Positions 1-12,851 of a stretch of 64,000 nucleotides of DNA are shown one piece after another; within the stretch, counting starts at the first letter, position 1, and each line of letters begins with the position of its first letter. The notes under the pieces were generated by a model that was not told the origin of the DNA, did not search any database, and saw only the letters and a program-made list of their open reading frames with translations. A program made the translations under genes and the position numbers. The DNA comes from Chara braunii. Its lineage: Eukaryota > Plantae > Charophyceae. Location: positions 3,750,869 to 3,814,868 of the forward strand of contig BFEA01000038.1 in assembly GCA_003427395.1 (NCBI GenBank). The letters are read 5' to 3'.

Positions 1-82
<82 letters not shown>

Positions 83-94
83 GTGTGTGTGTGT
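1..94. repeat. (CT)n/(GT)n microsatellite
   Basis: Pure CT then GT dinucleotide runs. Confidence 0.98.
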
Positions 95-710
95 GCCTAA
101 CGCAGTTTGCGTCATACTGTTACCACCCTCGCAGATGAAGCAAGTTGATTGCCAGCGGTGCACATCCATCCTCTTGACGATAAATTGGTTACAGTTTGAA
201 CTTTTGTTGATGCTTGTGGGTCCTTAGCTGCGTTTCAAAGATATTGAAGCTGACCAAGGGATATGAAGGGTTGTAAACAGCCTGCCCTCTATTTCTCAAG
301 CTACACAGTGCTTGCTCAGTTGTTGCTGGCATCACAGCCCGTTTCCCCCTCTTTTTTGCTGGTTAAAATCAAGCCCTTTAGACCCTTCTGTTCTGGGGTG
401 ACCGTGAGCAGTCGCGTCCGTTCTCATGGGTAAGATAATACCACGCATCGACAACCCAGTAACGCCCTTCTCTGCTATAAGTGAGGCCTAGCCTTGCCGT
501 TCCCCTGCCTTGGCTGTGCTTCCTGCTTGGCTGACACTGATTGGCTTATGTGGGGAGGATTCACCTCCTGTATTTCCCCATGTATCACCCTCATCAGTCC
601 TCTACCTTCTGGTGCTACAGTCTTCACCCGAACAGCATGCACAGTCATTATAGCTGCATCATGAGTGTAAGTTCCCCCAATACAGCTATTGTGAACGATG
701 TTTTCATTAA

Positions 711-887
711 ACCTATAGTACCTTTTTTCGGTTCGGAAAATAGCGGGCCTTCGACCTTTCAGGAGGCCGAAACAAAACGACTGCTGCCGATGAGATTTAT
801 CAACGGCAGCCGTCGTCGGGCCCAGCCTCCGAATTCTTCAGGAGATGGCGTTTTCCCTCATTTCTGAAGTGACAAAGGTACTAGTGG
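711..887. mobile_element. Non-autonomous TIR element (MITE) flanked by TTAA
   Basis: TTAA(707-710)-ACCTATAGTACCTTT ... AAAGGTACTAGTGG-TTAA(888-891). Interior 735-835 matches 17254-17364 in reverse complement. The paralogous site near 4585-4610 has a single TTAA. Confidence 0.75.
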
Positions 888-1255
888 TTAAAAAGTGAAA
901 TTGTTTTCATGTTCAATTTTCTTTCAAGTGTAAAATGACACACATAAAAGACGAGGAAAAAGGAAAAAAGCGATGAAACAAGGCGAAAATAGAGAAAGCT
1001 TAGCAATGAAAAGTTATAGAAATACATCATTGTACAATATCCTTTTAAAGTTGTGGAAAACAAATAGCAGATGCGAACCATTGAAACTATTCTTAATCTT
1101 AACCATCAACTGTGTTGAGTGGTATCCTAAGCCGCTTTTCTTTCAAGTGTAAAATGACACACATAAAAGAGTCTGACGAGGAAAAAGGAAAAAAGTGATG
1201 AAACAAGGCGAAATAAAGAAAGCTTAATGATGAAAAGTTATAGAAATACATCATT
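888..1255 (-). repeat. AT-rich repeat, partly tandem-duplicated, homologous to the 3' flank of the Ulp1 fragment
   Basis: 918-1031 is repeated at 1137-1255. 888-1125 matches ~4360-4600 in reverse complement. Confidence 0.8.
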
Positions 1256-1883
1256 ATCATAGTTGCGGCGCATGCCGTGCGCGGGGTCACGGCACGTGCG
1301 GCGCAGAGCGCACCGCGCCGCCCCCATGCACTTTTGGAGGGCGCGGTGTCCCGACCCTCCTCTGTGCCTGACTTCTGCCCAGTATCAGCTCCTCGCTTTG
1401 ACACCCCCAGCTCGTCGGGTAGTACCCGAACCTCCAAGACCCACTTAGTATGCCGGGCTATACCCTGCTATGGACCGGCCCAGTTGGCGCCTGCCCTCAG
1501 CAAAAGGGTGCGCCACTGGACTTTCCATTGGTCCACGCAGGCTCGGTGCCCTGCTGTACAGCAGAACACTACCGGCCTGTGGTCGAGGAAGCCGCCGGGT
1601 TCGCCCAGGGACGCGAAGGTAGAGGGACCGGCACAGTCTTTTCTATTGGGCGCCGAGTGCCCTCTAACCGGGTTATGGGTTAGGTACGTAGGCTTGCTGT
1701 TACAGTCGAACAGAAAAGGGGGTAAAAGAAAAAAAAAGAAAAAGAAAAAGAGGGATAAGAAGAGAAAAAGGAAGTCAAGTGCCAGACCCGCGCGCAGATC
1801 TGGACCCTCGTTTTGGTCTGGGACGATCTAGTGACCTCTGACCACGGCGGCGTTATGATTTCTTTTCCTTCCTTATTTTGTTG

Positions 1884-1909
1884 TTATTATTATTATTATT
1901 ATTATTATA

Positions 1910-1942
<33 letters not shown>
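1884..1942. repeat. (TTA)n microsatellite
   Basis: Direct reading. Confidence 0.97.
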
Positions 1943-1960
1943 GTCAATCTTCTTATTTAA

Positions 1961-2159
1961 ACCACCAGTACCTGGCCCAGCTATCGACCGCGGCGCTTCC
2001 CGTATACGCGCCGCACCATTTGGGCTTCGGCCTGCCGGACCGCATTGGCTGGAGGCCGCAGGCAAAACGAAAAAGAAAATTGCGACGGCGGTTCGGCAGG
2101 ACTTGGCGCGCAGCGTGCAGGGAGGCTCGGATTCAATAGCTGACCGAGGTACTGGTGGT
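1961..2159. mobile_element. MITE with ~28-bp TIRs flanked by TTAA (TTTAAA context)
   Basis: tttaa-ACCACCAGTACCTGGCCCAGCTATCGA ... TCAATAGCTGACCGAGGTACTGGTGGT-ttaaa. The same right end recurs at 39016-39046. Confidence 0.85.
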
Positions 2160-3583
2160 TTAAATTTTCCTTCCGTCACTTCGCGGGAAGGCCAACGGTT
2201 CGAATTTCGAGCGTGACTGTGGTCTGTGGCCTAGACTGGCCCGACCTTTCATTTTGCGCCAATGGCTGAGAAGTTCGATCAAGCGCGGCGCGGCGGCCCC
2301 AAAAGAGGGGCAACCCGTGGCCGCATTGGTAGGAGGCTTATCACCCCCGCTTGCTAGTTAAGTCGCGCCAGGCGCCTTACTCTGAGCTGGAGCAATCTCG
2401 CTACGCCGGGTACTAGTGAGCCCGAAGGAGAGAGGGCTGGCCAGCGTGGTGAGTGTGGGAGATTGTTTGAGTGCCCGCCCTCGTGCTCTCAGTGTTTGGG
2501 TACGGCTATCTGGGAGCCAGTAGCCTGGTATCGGCTAGTTCTTTTGAAAAGACAGCCATGGTGCGAAGCAGCGGGTTGTATGGCTATAGGTCGAGGTGCA
2601 TCCAGTCCCTCTGTAGATGGGAGCGGATGTCGGGAGATGGGCCTACGGTAACAGCCGTGCTGGACTACAGCTATGGCAGGCGTGAGGCGAAGCTGAGGAT
2701 AAACATAGAGGGGGGAAAAGAGGAGGAGATGAGGGCGGACCCAGACCTGCAGATGGCAATTACGGAGGCTAAGGACCGTGCAAAGAGAAGGTGCAGGCGT
2801 GACGGGGTCACAGATGAAGTGAAAGTGACCGTTACTTACCTAGAGGCGGAGACCTCGACTGATACGGTAGAAAGGGAGCAGCGGCATCTGGATCGTGACA
2901 CTGAAGCGGAGAGTGACGAAAGTGACCTGAATGCCGAGACCCAGTCCTGGCACGGACTGGACCAGTGGCGACGAGATCACCCGCCCGCTGAGCCTGTATA
3001 GAGTGGCCCTGAGGCCAGCTTGCGACGGCGGGCAGACAGGCGGTGAGCCCTCAAAGACGACTGTGTAGGGAGTGAGAGACATGAGCGGTTACAAGAGGAA
3101 AATACGCAAGCAGTGAGAGAGAGAGAGAGTGATAGAAGAAAAAAAAGGAGGGGGGGGAGTCAACGTTCACACAGAGAGGTACCCTGGAGACAGTGAACTA
3201 AGGTGGACGTCAACTTCGTCCGTCCAGGAGCGCGAGATCAGCCCCTTCACGGACCCTGGGTGGGGGCTTCTCTCGAGGGTTGCACCATCTTCCAATTTTG
3301 GGAAGTACAGCCCTCCCAAACGGGAAGGCAGAGAGAAGTCGCCACGCGCGTACAGCGTGCAGGCAATGCACTGTTACATGAGGGTGGCCAGCTACTCAGC
3401 GTGTGTGTGAACGTGTGAAAGAGAGAGAAAGTCAGACTTCACGTGCACCCTCGGCACCTGGAGAAGCTGTTGTTGACGGTGTCGCAAGGTCATGCCGCTA
3501 CTTTTCAGAAACGAGCAGCTGTCCTTCACCTTTGGTAGAGAGTAAATGCGTGGTTTGAGCACAGGGGTGAACGAGAAAGACGG

Positions 3584-3681
3584 AATCAATCAACCAATCA
3601 ATCAACCAATCAGAAACGGTGTCGTGGGGGTGGGGCGACCTTTCCCCCACCAATCAACCAACCAATCAATCAATCAATCAA
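3584..3681. repeat. Interrupted (AATC)n microsatellite adjoining gap 3682-3767
   Basis: Direct reading. Confidence 0.9.
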
Positions 3682-4062
3682 NNNNNNNNNNNNNNNNNNN
3701 NNNNNNNNNNNNNNNNNNNNNNNNNNNNNNNNNNNNNNNNNNNNNNNNNNNNNNNNNNNNNNNNNNNAATTTCGTTGGATTTCGCCCATACCCCCACCCA
3801 CCAAAAGTTCATCTTTTTCGTTTTTTTTTTGTGGGGGGGGGTGGGGCAGGGGATTCGCCGCCACGTGGCGCCGCCAAATTTGTGAAACCCCCTTCCCTGC
3901 GGCCGCCACGTGTCCGCGAATCCACACGTCCGCGGTCTTCGCGGACTGGTCGCGGCCGCGGACTTGGCCGCGCCTGTCCGCCGCCGGGGGGGATACATAG
4001 CCTTGCACCGCTTGAACTATTAGCGGTGTTCTTTAGAATGAAGTTCCAATTTCAAAATCTTC

Positions 4063-4290
4063 ATGAAAGATATCACGTGGACGACCTTACAAGAAGTTAC
4101 ATCTTTCGAGACATCACTTGATAGGGTGCCCGTCCAACAGGATGGTTGTAGTTGTGGTGTTTTTATGTTAGGTTCTGCATCTTTGCTAGCGAAAGGTCAC
4201 TTCCCTCCATTCAAATTCTCGGAAGACAACATCCCGCATATGAGGCATAGAATCGCATTCGACATTTTATCGATGGTCGAGCATGAGTGA
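4063..4290 (+). pseudogene. Ulp1/C48 SUMO-protease C-terminal fragment, probably transposon-borne
   Basis: VPVQQDGCSCGVFML...FKFSEDNIPHMRHRIAFDIL fits the C48 motif PxQxxxxDCGVF...FxxxDIPxxRxxIA. The His/Asp half of the triad is absent. Confidence 0.8.
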
Positions 4291-4699
4291 ACATTCCAGA
4301 TACACGGCTTATGATATCATTGAACACTTTGGTGATGGTTAAAAATAGTTTCAATGGTTGGTATGTGTCATTCAACACTTTGTTGATGATCAAGAATAGT
4401 TTCAATGGTTGGTAATACTTGGTATTACTTTCCACAATTTCAAAATGTTATTGTATAATGATTTATTTCTCAAACTTTTTAATGCTAAGCTTTCACAATT
4501 TCGCCTTGTTTCATCGTTTTTTTTCTCTTTTCCTCCTCTCTTTTATGTGTCATTTTACACTTGAAAGAAAAAATGAACATTAAAACAATTTCTCTTTTAA
4601 CGAAAACACCATTATCTATGCTTTGCAGTTTTGACTCTTAGGCTATGAGAAATAACTCGTAGGGATTGAAGTTTTTGTAAAGGTAAAAAATGATAATGG

Positions 4700-7600
4700 A
4701 GGCGAGGGCATAAGATTAATCTTAGTGTTCTTAATATTCAAAAAATGGAAGGAATGCGCAGTCTTAGGGTCCATCGTGAATTCCTCATCAGCGGCCTGTA
4801 CCAAAATTCCAACCAACTCATTTCATTTTTCTTTTGTTGTCATATGATTCAAAGGTCCGCGTAATCTCTTTCATTGAATTCACCGTTTTCAAAAGGGAGA
4901 GATTATTCATCGCTTTCTTCCGACGAGTTATCCTTCGTTTCTTTCAATATTATTTTCTATGTCCCTATCCTCACGTTTTTTTTCAGGGGTCACATTGAAA
5001 TATGTAAGGGAACGATCTGTGGTTTTCCTCCAATGCGGGTGAGGATGAGTTGTTTGAAGTCGACAGTCATGGCCCATGACAATCCAAACAATACTGAATA
5101 CGATTGCACATCAATTACTAACTCATTTACTAACACATGCACCAGTCTGACCTTGGCTACCACATTTTCAATTATCCCCACAATGTTTATAGTTTCTTCA
5201 TCAGCTGAGACATAATTGTTTTTCCCTGGCACGGGAAGAATGAAGTTTAATCGTCTGGTCTTTCAAACCATATCAAGCAATAGTGTCACGATGGATGATC
5301 AAGTATCGATTAACTCATTGAATGACTTTCCCCATACGTCGCAGTTACATTCCGCAATTTTCCATAGTATTGGTCGAACCCGGATGAAGTGATTTTTTTG
5401 TGCAAGCGCAATTGTTGCTACCCAAATGGTTTTGGATGTTTCGTGACTCTTCGAAGGGTCAATGATTGCTACGGGGTTGGACGGGGAAGATGCTGGTTCC
5501 GATATATTTTCCTTCTTTTTCAATATTTTTTCAACGCTTTGGTAGGTGGACCGCTTCTGGTTCTTTTGACATTGTTGAAGGAGCTTATCGTTTGCAGTCT
5601 CGAAGATAGTTAGGAGATGACCAACCGGGACAGGGACTCTGATATGTAATTTTTTCAAGGTTTGTAAGACGTAAATTTCTTCTCTCCGGAACTGAGGTTT
5701 AGGATTCGATTCTCGTTCTACCTATTCAAGCTCATTGTTGCCAGGACAAATAACCCCAATCAGTTCTGCCAACTAAAGGTACTCAGTCGGATTGAGGACG
5801 TCTGCAACTTCACAAGAAGCCCTAGACGTCGACGCGGAAGTACTATCCAATCGTATTGAAGGAAGTAGGGAAGGGGAACCATTCCCTGATTGGCTCATTC
5901 CTTTGAATAACATAGTTACTCGTCCCTGATTAGTGGCCCCAGGTGCAACCGCCAAAGGGGGGTGATTCCTCTTTGGAAGAGAGCACTCCTATACAAAGTT
6001 TTCGGGCTGCTTATAATTGTAACATTCCACCCTTCCCTGTGATACAGTAGCCTGGTGACCTATAGGGGGGTTTGCCTTTGAATTGGAGGGGCCGACAACA
6101 AGGGGTACAAAGGAGGACAAGGATTAGCTCGTGACGCTTTCATGTGCGTACTTATTAGATCCCGCGGGACTTGCTCTAACTGGTCCATCTGTGTCGCCTG
6201 AGCTAAGATAAAATGATTCATCCATTCCAATTGTCGCGAAGTGGCCATGTGAATCATTTGAGCTAGATGGAGGTTGGTGATAAGTACTTGTGTCGATGAT
6301 TGTAAAATGACTGTGGTTATAAGGTCGTCTTGAGCGGGGAGGAGAACAGGAGAGAGGAGAAACTATGGCAGGGGGGGCATGGGAGCCATGACTCGTTGAC
6401 GGTCCGCCCGGGTTTTCGGGATCATTGTTGTGGTAGAATCGTCCAATCGATCGGAGCCACGATCTCCGTTTTGTTGCCACATCTTCTATCGTATCAACTA
6501 TATGTTCCTCAGTGTTCTCACCCTCATCAATGTACTTACGCTTATCTTGTGAATCCAGCTCTGAGCGCCTTGGCAATGATCGTCGGCAGTTGAGTCATTT
6601 TGGGAGGGACTTTCTTTTTCAGTTTTGCCTTTAAATCGAATTGCGAAGGTAATCTCTGATCCAATCTCAAGCCACATTTTTTTCTCATCCAGACTTATCG
6701 AGAGTGTTTTGAAATTTGTCCATGAAGTCCGGCAAGCGCTCTTCTGGTTCTTGAGGACACATTTTCAGTACAAACCAAGCAGCGTCTTCACTTAGCTCAT
6801 CAAATCTTGCCAAGCAGCCCTAAGGCTTTTGAACGTAGCCCAATCCACCCCATTATGACGTTCAAGCCAACCGTGAGCACTGTTTCGTACTACCAAGGTG
6901 ATGACTTAAGGAAGATCGGTTGCGTCATAGGCCTGAGCTTCCACTGCTTCAAGCCATACATCTTGATGACTGTGATTAACATAGAATGGGAAGGTGGTTG
7001 GGATGCTTACCATTACTCGAGGGGCAGGCGCATTAGCGTTAGCTATAGTCATCTCTTTCTTCGCCTCCATTGACCTATTTCGAGTGACGGAAGGACTTCT
7101 TTGATTTATTTGAGTCGATGCTCGTCCTTTCGCCAACTCGCTCACTATTACCAGAACCAATACTCGTTGGCTTCAATACCTGCCTCACGCACTGTGTTGT
7201 CTTCCATTCGGAGTGATAAAATGTGCGGAGCTTATTCTGGAAAAACAACAAATTGGGGTGTGCCAAGGATTTTTGGAAAAATTGAGTGTGGGGACACAGA
7301 CAAAACTGAAATTCGTCGTGTGGTTCCAGTTTTAGTGACAAGGGACCATAGTCATGCAAACGAATTGTCGGGCTTTTCTTTCAAGCTTTCGTCTAATCCA
7401 AAACAATCTAGGAACTTTTATGTGGGTTCCTCGTAGTCTGTTTTAACAGAAAGGCGGGTGTATGCACGTGGGATCTCGTTTTCAAATTAAGTCTCGGCGT
7501 CACTCATTACAGAGTTAAAAATCCGACATTGACGGCCTCAGCCCTGTCGCTTTTTCCTTGTATTTGTCCTCGCCACGTGTTTGGTAGTGGAAACCATTTT
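4700..7600 (-). mobile_element. Degenerate Ty3/Gypsy-like gag-protease remnant
   Basis: Gag-like AHGWLERHNGVDWATFK (~6830-6880). Decayed zinc knuckle ECYNYKQPENFV*ECSLP (~5975-6030). Protease LIDT*SSIVT (~5285-5315) followed by VIDVQSYSVLFGLSW (4990-5232). Many stops and frameshifts; ends approximate. Confidence 0.75.
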
Positions 7601-10461
7601 CTTGATAATGCTTGGTGCAGCGACAATCGCTACACAACGTCTTGGACCAATGAGGCGTCACTGCTGCTCACGGGATGACAATCGGTTCGTTAAAAATATC
7701 ATAATAGAGAGTATTGATGAAAGTGGGTATCGATAATAACAAAACCAGTGCCTACGAATCACAGACACTTTATTTCGGGAGGAAAGTAATAGCGTCCACG
7801 GATCTTGGCGACAACTTCTCGTATGTCTCACTCACATACGCGTGTTTTTTCGTCGTTATACTAGAACAAACGTGATGGGGGTACGGGAAGTCGACACCCC
7901 ATCGGATCAGGACAATTAGTCCACATGGCATAAGCAAACTGACCACGTACGTCCACTCAACCCGTTATCTCATTAAAGAAGTAAACAAGCACAACACTAC
8001 ACGCCCATCGCCTTTCATTAATCATGCAAACCGATCTAAAAATGTGACTTCATTCCAAACAAGGAGATAATCATCATTCATAGAGTGAGTCGAAAGCATG
8101 CATCAGCATACTCCTAGCTTAGTCTGATTACCTTAAAATTAGTTCAATCGATGCATATACGTAAGAGATCTCGCATATACGAATCCTCAACTATCAAGAG
8201 CCACACGAAAAAAAAACTGGTAAGATCACTTGGGTTTACTAGTCCCTTAACTTCAACAACACTCGTTCGTGCGATATCCGATTGAATCCAATAAGGACAA
8301 GCGAGACCAGAGAATCATCAGATCATTCTAGCATCCATGAGGTGGACAGAAGCAAAGGAACAAGAGAGAGAGGGAGAGAGAGAGATAAGACAAAACCATA
8401 GCTTAACCGAAGAAGGGACTCGAAAAGAGAGGGAACTTTGGTCACAAAAACAAGCTTGAAGGGAAACAGTCGGCAATCCGCCGTGGACTTAGCTTCCAGG
8501 GAAAAGAAGAGGAACCGAAGACCATGCCACGCCGACCTTCTGCTCTCCAATTATGGTCGCTGGTCCTGCAACCACTCGTATACACAAACCTTTCTTACTC
8601 AGATACTGACGATCCTGGCCACCACGTACCAACCTCCATACCACAACGATCGTCACCCCGCCAACTAAGCTTTGCACCGACTTGCCCAGATCCCGCAGTC
8701 CGTCGCGGCCACCCGACGCACAACCTTGCATAAACCGCAGTCAACTCATCAGGACTTTCCGACCTTATGTCATACACATCACCTAGCCACGAGTTCCCTG
8801 AAGCTGGCAGATGGTTTGATAGAGAGCTTTTCGGACCCGCTTGCGAGTTTTAGAGTTACGAAGAGGGGAAAAGAAGATGGGGAAGAGTGGGGTGGAGGTA
8901 GGAGGGGGTGAAGAGGGAGTATATGTTAGTTTCCCGTGGAAAGCCATATCGATCCTTGTGAGTTCCTTCGCAGCCAATCAGATCACGGTGTGAGGGAAGT
9001 ATCCTCCTTACACGTTGTCGTCTGAGGCTTCGAACACTCTGGGGGACGAAATCGGTAGGCAGCTCTTGAATGGGGATAAAGGAGGGAGGAAAGACAGCGG
9101 GGTGAGTAGTGTGGCGTGGGACCAGGATTCAGATGGGGGGGGGGGAAGAGAGAAGCGTGAAGAGGGAGAGGGGATGAAAAACAGTTGGGTGAAGGAGAGA
9201 AGGCGCAAAGAGGAGAAGGGTGAAGATGGCATGGGTCATAGCTACTAAAAATTCACAGAACTTTCAAAGGCAAATGTCGAAAGATCCACTTGCAAGAAAG
9301 GACACGTCAGCGGGGAAGTGCACCCGTAATTTCCGGAGTTCCCAACTGCCGAACAAAATTCCTAGTGTGCTCACTAAGGCGCGCGTAATTCCTATGTAGA
9401 TGCATGGATTGCCGAAGACGACCGAAAGAAAAAGAAAAACAACATCTTAGATTCTGTGAGAGGGCCTTGTCAGCCTTTGATGGCAAAAAAGAGGGGTACC
9501 CCAAAAGCTCAAAGGAGACTAAGCGAGAACTCAGGGCTTCAAAACATCATGCTGGTACGGAAGCCGATTTGTCACAAATCCTAGAAAGGGAAAGGGAAAA
9601 GGAAAATTGCCCGGCAAGACAGATCCAGCGTGAGATAGGAGAAAGACAAAGATACACCATTGTGAACAACTCCGATACGCACGCAAAGTAGTAACATGAA
9701 GCTGAATACAGCAAAATACGATCCACAGACCACGCGACCAACCCTTAACGCATTTCGTCTATCCCGCACATAGACTCTTCAGGAGGACAGATCACAAGAT
9801 GCCGTCGTACTACTGATAGGGGCCATACCCATGCCTTGCCCCTATATATAGCTAGCCTATTCCCAATCTACCCATCATCCTCGCACCAGCTCAACTGAAA
9901 ACGAAAGTAGTCACAACCAATCGGAAAGAGAGAAGCCGTCAAGAGAAGAGATGTTCATGCGGAGCAGCCCTAGATGTCACGAAAACCGTCACAAGCAGAG
10001 GGCCGCCACTCGTCATACTGCCTGATCACAATGAAGGGAGACACCTGCCACACAGACAAACAAGACAACAGAGCAATCACAGCATAGCCAAAGCACAGTC
10101 GCCAAACTGGATGCCGTTGTCGGAATAGAGATGCACGTCGCTGGATGCCGTAGAAGCGCCAGGCGGGCGAGTACAGCAGTACACCGCTGGAGGGGCACAC
10201 AAGTCTTCTGAAGACGTCACCGACGCCCAGAGCGTCGCCTTCGCTCGCGCTACAACCGCCGACGCACGTTGTAAATCAGAATGAAAGGAGAAGTTCAGGC
10301 AACTGCCCATGTAAATACTGAATCCGTGACTCGAGGTCCCACGCAGGAGCCCAGCAAGAGCTTTAGGTGTACCAAAAACTGTCCACTGCCAAAGCCGTGT
10401 CAGGAGACCGATCGTGGGCACAAAACGCATGTACGCGGGAAAAAGGACTAAAGTCACAACC

Positions 10462-10725
10462 GGTTTTTTCCTGGCGGCTCTGTGGGGCTGAAGAGGTAGC
10501 TGTCCTTCTGATTATTGCAGTTATTGTTTTGTTTTCCCTGGCGGCCCTAGGGGGCTGAAGAGGTGGCTGTCCTTCTGATCATTGCAAGTTCTCCGTTTCA
10601 AGTTATATCATGTAAAAGGGACGCTGGACCCGGTTTCCGGCAGGTGCAGCTCCCCACCAATAGAATGGAGCCAGTGGCTGAGCTACTAGTGGTGGGTGCT
10701 CGTATCACCATCACTAATAAAAAAA

Positions 10726-10757
<32 letters not shown>

Positions 10758-10759
10758 AA
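10462..10759 (+). mobile_element. Short non-LTR retroposon (SINE or 5'-truncated LINE tail) with poly(A) and TSD
   Basis: TSD GGACTAAAGTCACAACC at 10445-10461 and 10760-10776; poly(A) ~10719-10759; internal ~60-bp tandem duplication; carries GGGACGCTGGACCCGGTTTCC. Confidence 0.92.
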
Positions 10760-11183
10760 GGACTAAAGTCACAACCAGTCCGCTCTGGGTACCAGAACCC
10801 CAGATCGTACAACCGCAGCAAATTCGATGAACTATGCAGTAAAAGCGGTCAGGTACCGGGACCTAAATAATATCATACCCAGGTACCAGGGTAATACCCT
10901 GTCAGATTCCGCAAAAAAAGCCCTATGCAAAAAACGTCGAAAGCTTCCCGGATTGCATCAGCTGTGGCCAAAAGGGACCCAGTCAAATAACAAAAGATAG
11001 ACCCATCAAACAAAGCCCAGTGTGCCACGAAAACTCCCGAGCATCGATGACATAGTATACAAGGCCCATAGAGGGCCCGTTTGGCAAACACGACAAATCC
11101 TAGAGCCCCCATCTGCTGAATTAACAACGGAAATGCTTTTCAGCCACGTACTGTAAAGGGCACTAGAATAGCAGGGCTGATCA

Positions 11184-11370
11184 GGCGCCCTTCGGTGGGT
11201 TGAAGAGGTACCCTTAGGCAGCAGTCATCACAGTGTTTCAGGCTCATCAATAAACAAGCTCAATGTAACGGGACGCTGGACCCGTTTTCCAGCAGGTGAA
11301 GCTTCCCTCCAATAGATGGAGCCTCCCTGGGAACGCTAGAGGGGTCTGCTCTTATCAGCTCCCCTAGCAT
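11184..11370 (+). mobile_element. Older copy of the same retroposon tail, no poly(A)
   Basis: GGGACGCTGGACCCGTTTTCCAGCAGGTG...CCAATAGATGGAGCC aligns with 10618-10715. Confidence 0.7.
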
Positions 11371-12659
11371 CAGCCCGGGTGTGACCAACGGCTTTCAAAT
11401 TTCAAATAGCCGCCTGGAGATGTTTTCTCTTTCTTTTCCAAGTACTTGTCCTATAGGACCCCACGGAAGTTCTAGGAGTTCTCTAGATGTTTACAAAACC
11501 CTTCCTCACACTGCATGCAAACTAAATTTGGAGGGTTTACCCAGGCCATCTGACTAAATGGTATGCACATGTGGCTGAACTCACACACCTAACTTAGCAT
11601 CAGATGGACAATATGTCTCTCACGCCATACTCAGTCCCTACTCCCACAAGGCTTTTTCCTGACAAAACAGCAAAATTTGCCATAGGTTTGCAGTCACCCA
11701 TCGAATCCGCAATAGGTGTGGCAAATGTCACGCTGCACTTCGCAAGCACCTGTAGAGGTGCTGGCAAATTTCTTCTTTCCCAAATCCTTGAGTTCCCAGA
11801 AGAGAATTGCGGGCACCCGTCACGCAAGCAGGCAATTTCGCAAATGGCAGAGCGTGTGGGCATTGTCTTTCAAATTTGCTACCTTGTCTGACTGGACAAT
11901 GCGGTACCATGGCAAAACAGGGGTTACCGTAGCAAAACCGGGCTTGTTTGGCGTTCTTGCTAAGGTAAACCTAGTGTGAGTAGGCCCTCATTCTAGGACT
12001 CCGTTGCATCTATATGTCCGCTGTTTCAACCAGGTATGCATGCACCTGACTGCGATTATGTTTGCAGAGAAAGTGAAACAGTACCACTGCGCGTCTGCCT
12101 CTCAGTTACCCAGTGGCCGTGGCTTCTAGGATGATACCCCAAGGCAGTCTTTCAAAAAACTGAGTGCCTACTCACACCAAGCCTTTACTTACTCATTTAT
12201 GGAGTAAATGCGGTCAAATGCATCCAGGTTCGGCATTTAAGATAAAGCTCATGCTATTGCGCCCTAAAAAAACAATTTGGGTGGGTTTTTGGCAAGCCTT
12301 TCCCCTTTTCCCCCCTCTATTTCCTCTTCTCCTCTTCACCTTTTTTTTTTGTTCGTTTTTGAAAGGCCGAGGGCCAAGTCCCACTAGCCGTCCGAAAAGC
12401 ATATGAATGAGGACCTCTCGTGTGTGTGACACTCTTTTCAGCCGCATATAGCTAAGGGATGGACAAATCGTAGGACAGTAGATCTTTCTCACCCTCTCAT
12501 TTGCAATCAACTGTGCTAGGTAGTCTTTCTCAGCGTTGAAAGGGTTTTCATTCCTAGCCCGTGTTTTGATGGGTTTGGAATGAAATCCAATTTGGAAATT
12601 GGTAAGGGCCGGAATTAAGAAAGAAAATGGTGAGAAGAGAGTGTCAGTCTGAGCAGACT

Positions 12660-12660
<1 letters not shown>

Positions 12661-12754
<94 letters not shown>

Positions 12755-12755
12755 N

Positions 12756-12850
<95 letters not shown>
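12661..12850. repeat. (CT)n(GT)n microsatellite
   Basis: Direct reading. Confidence 0.98.

Positions 12851-12851
<1 letters not shown>

Noticed and set aside
4006-4028. Hairpin CACCGCT..AGCGGTG as a Helitron 3' end
   Set aside because: No CTRR terminus at the expected distance; single short hairpin.
4081-4090. ACGACCTTAC resembling the plant U3 5' end
   Set aside because: Only 10 nt match, and it lies inside the Ulp1 reading frame.
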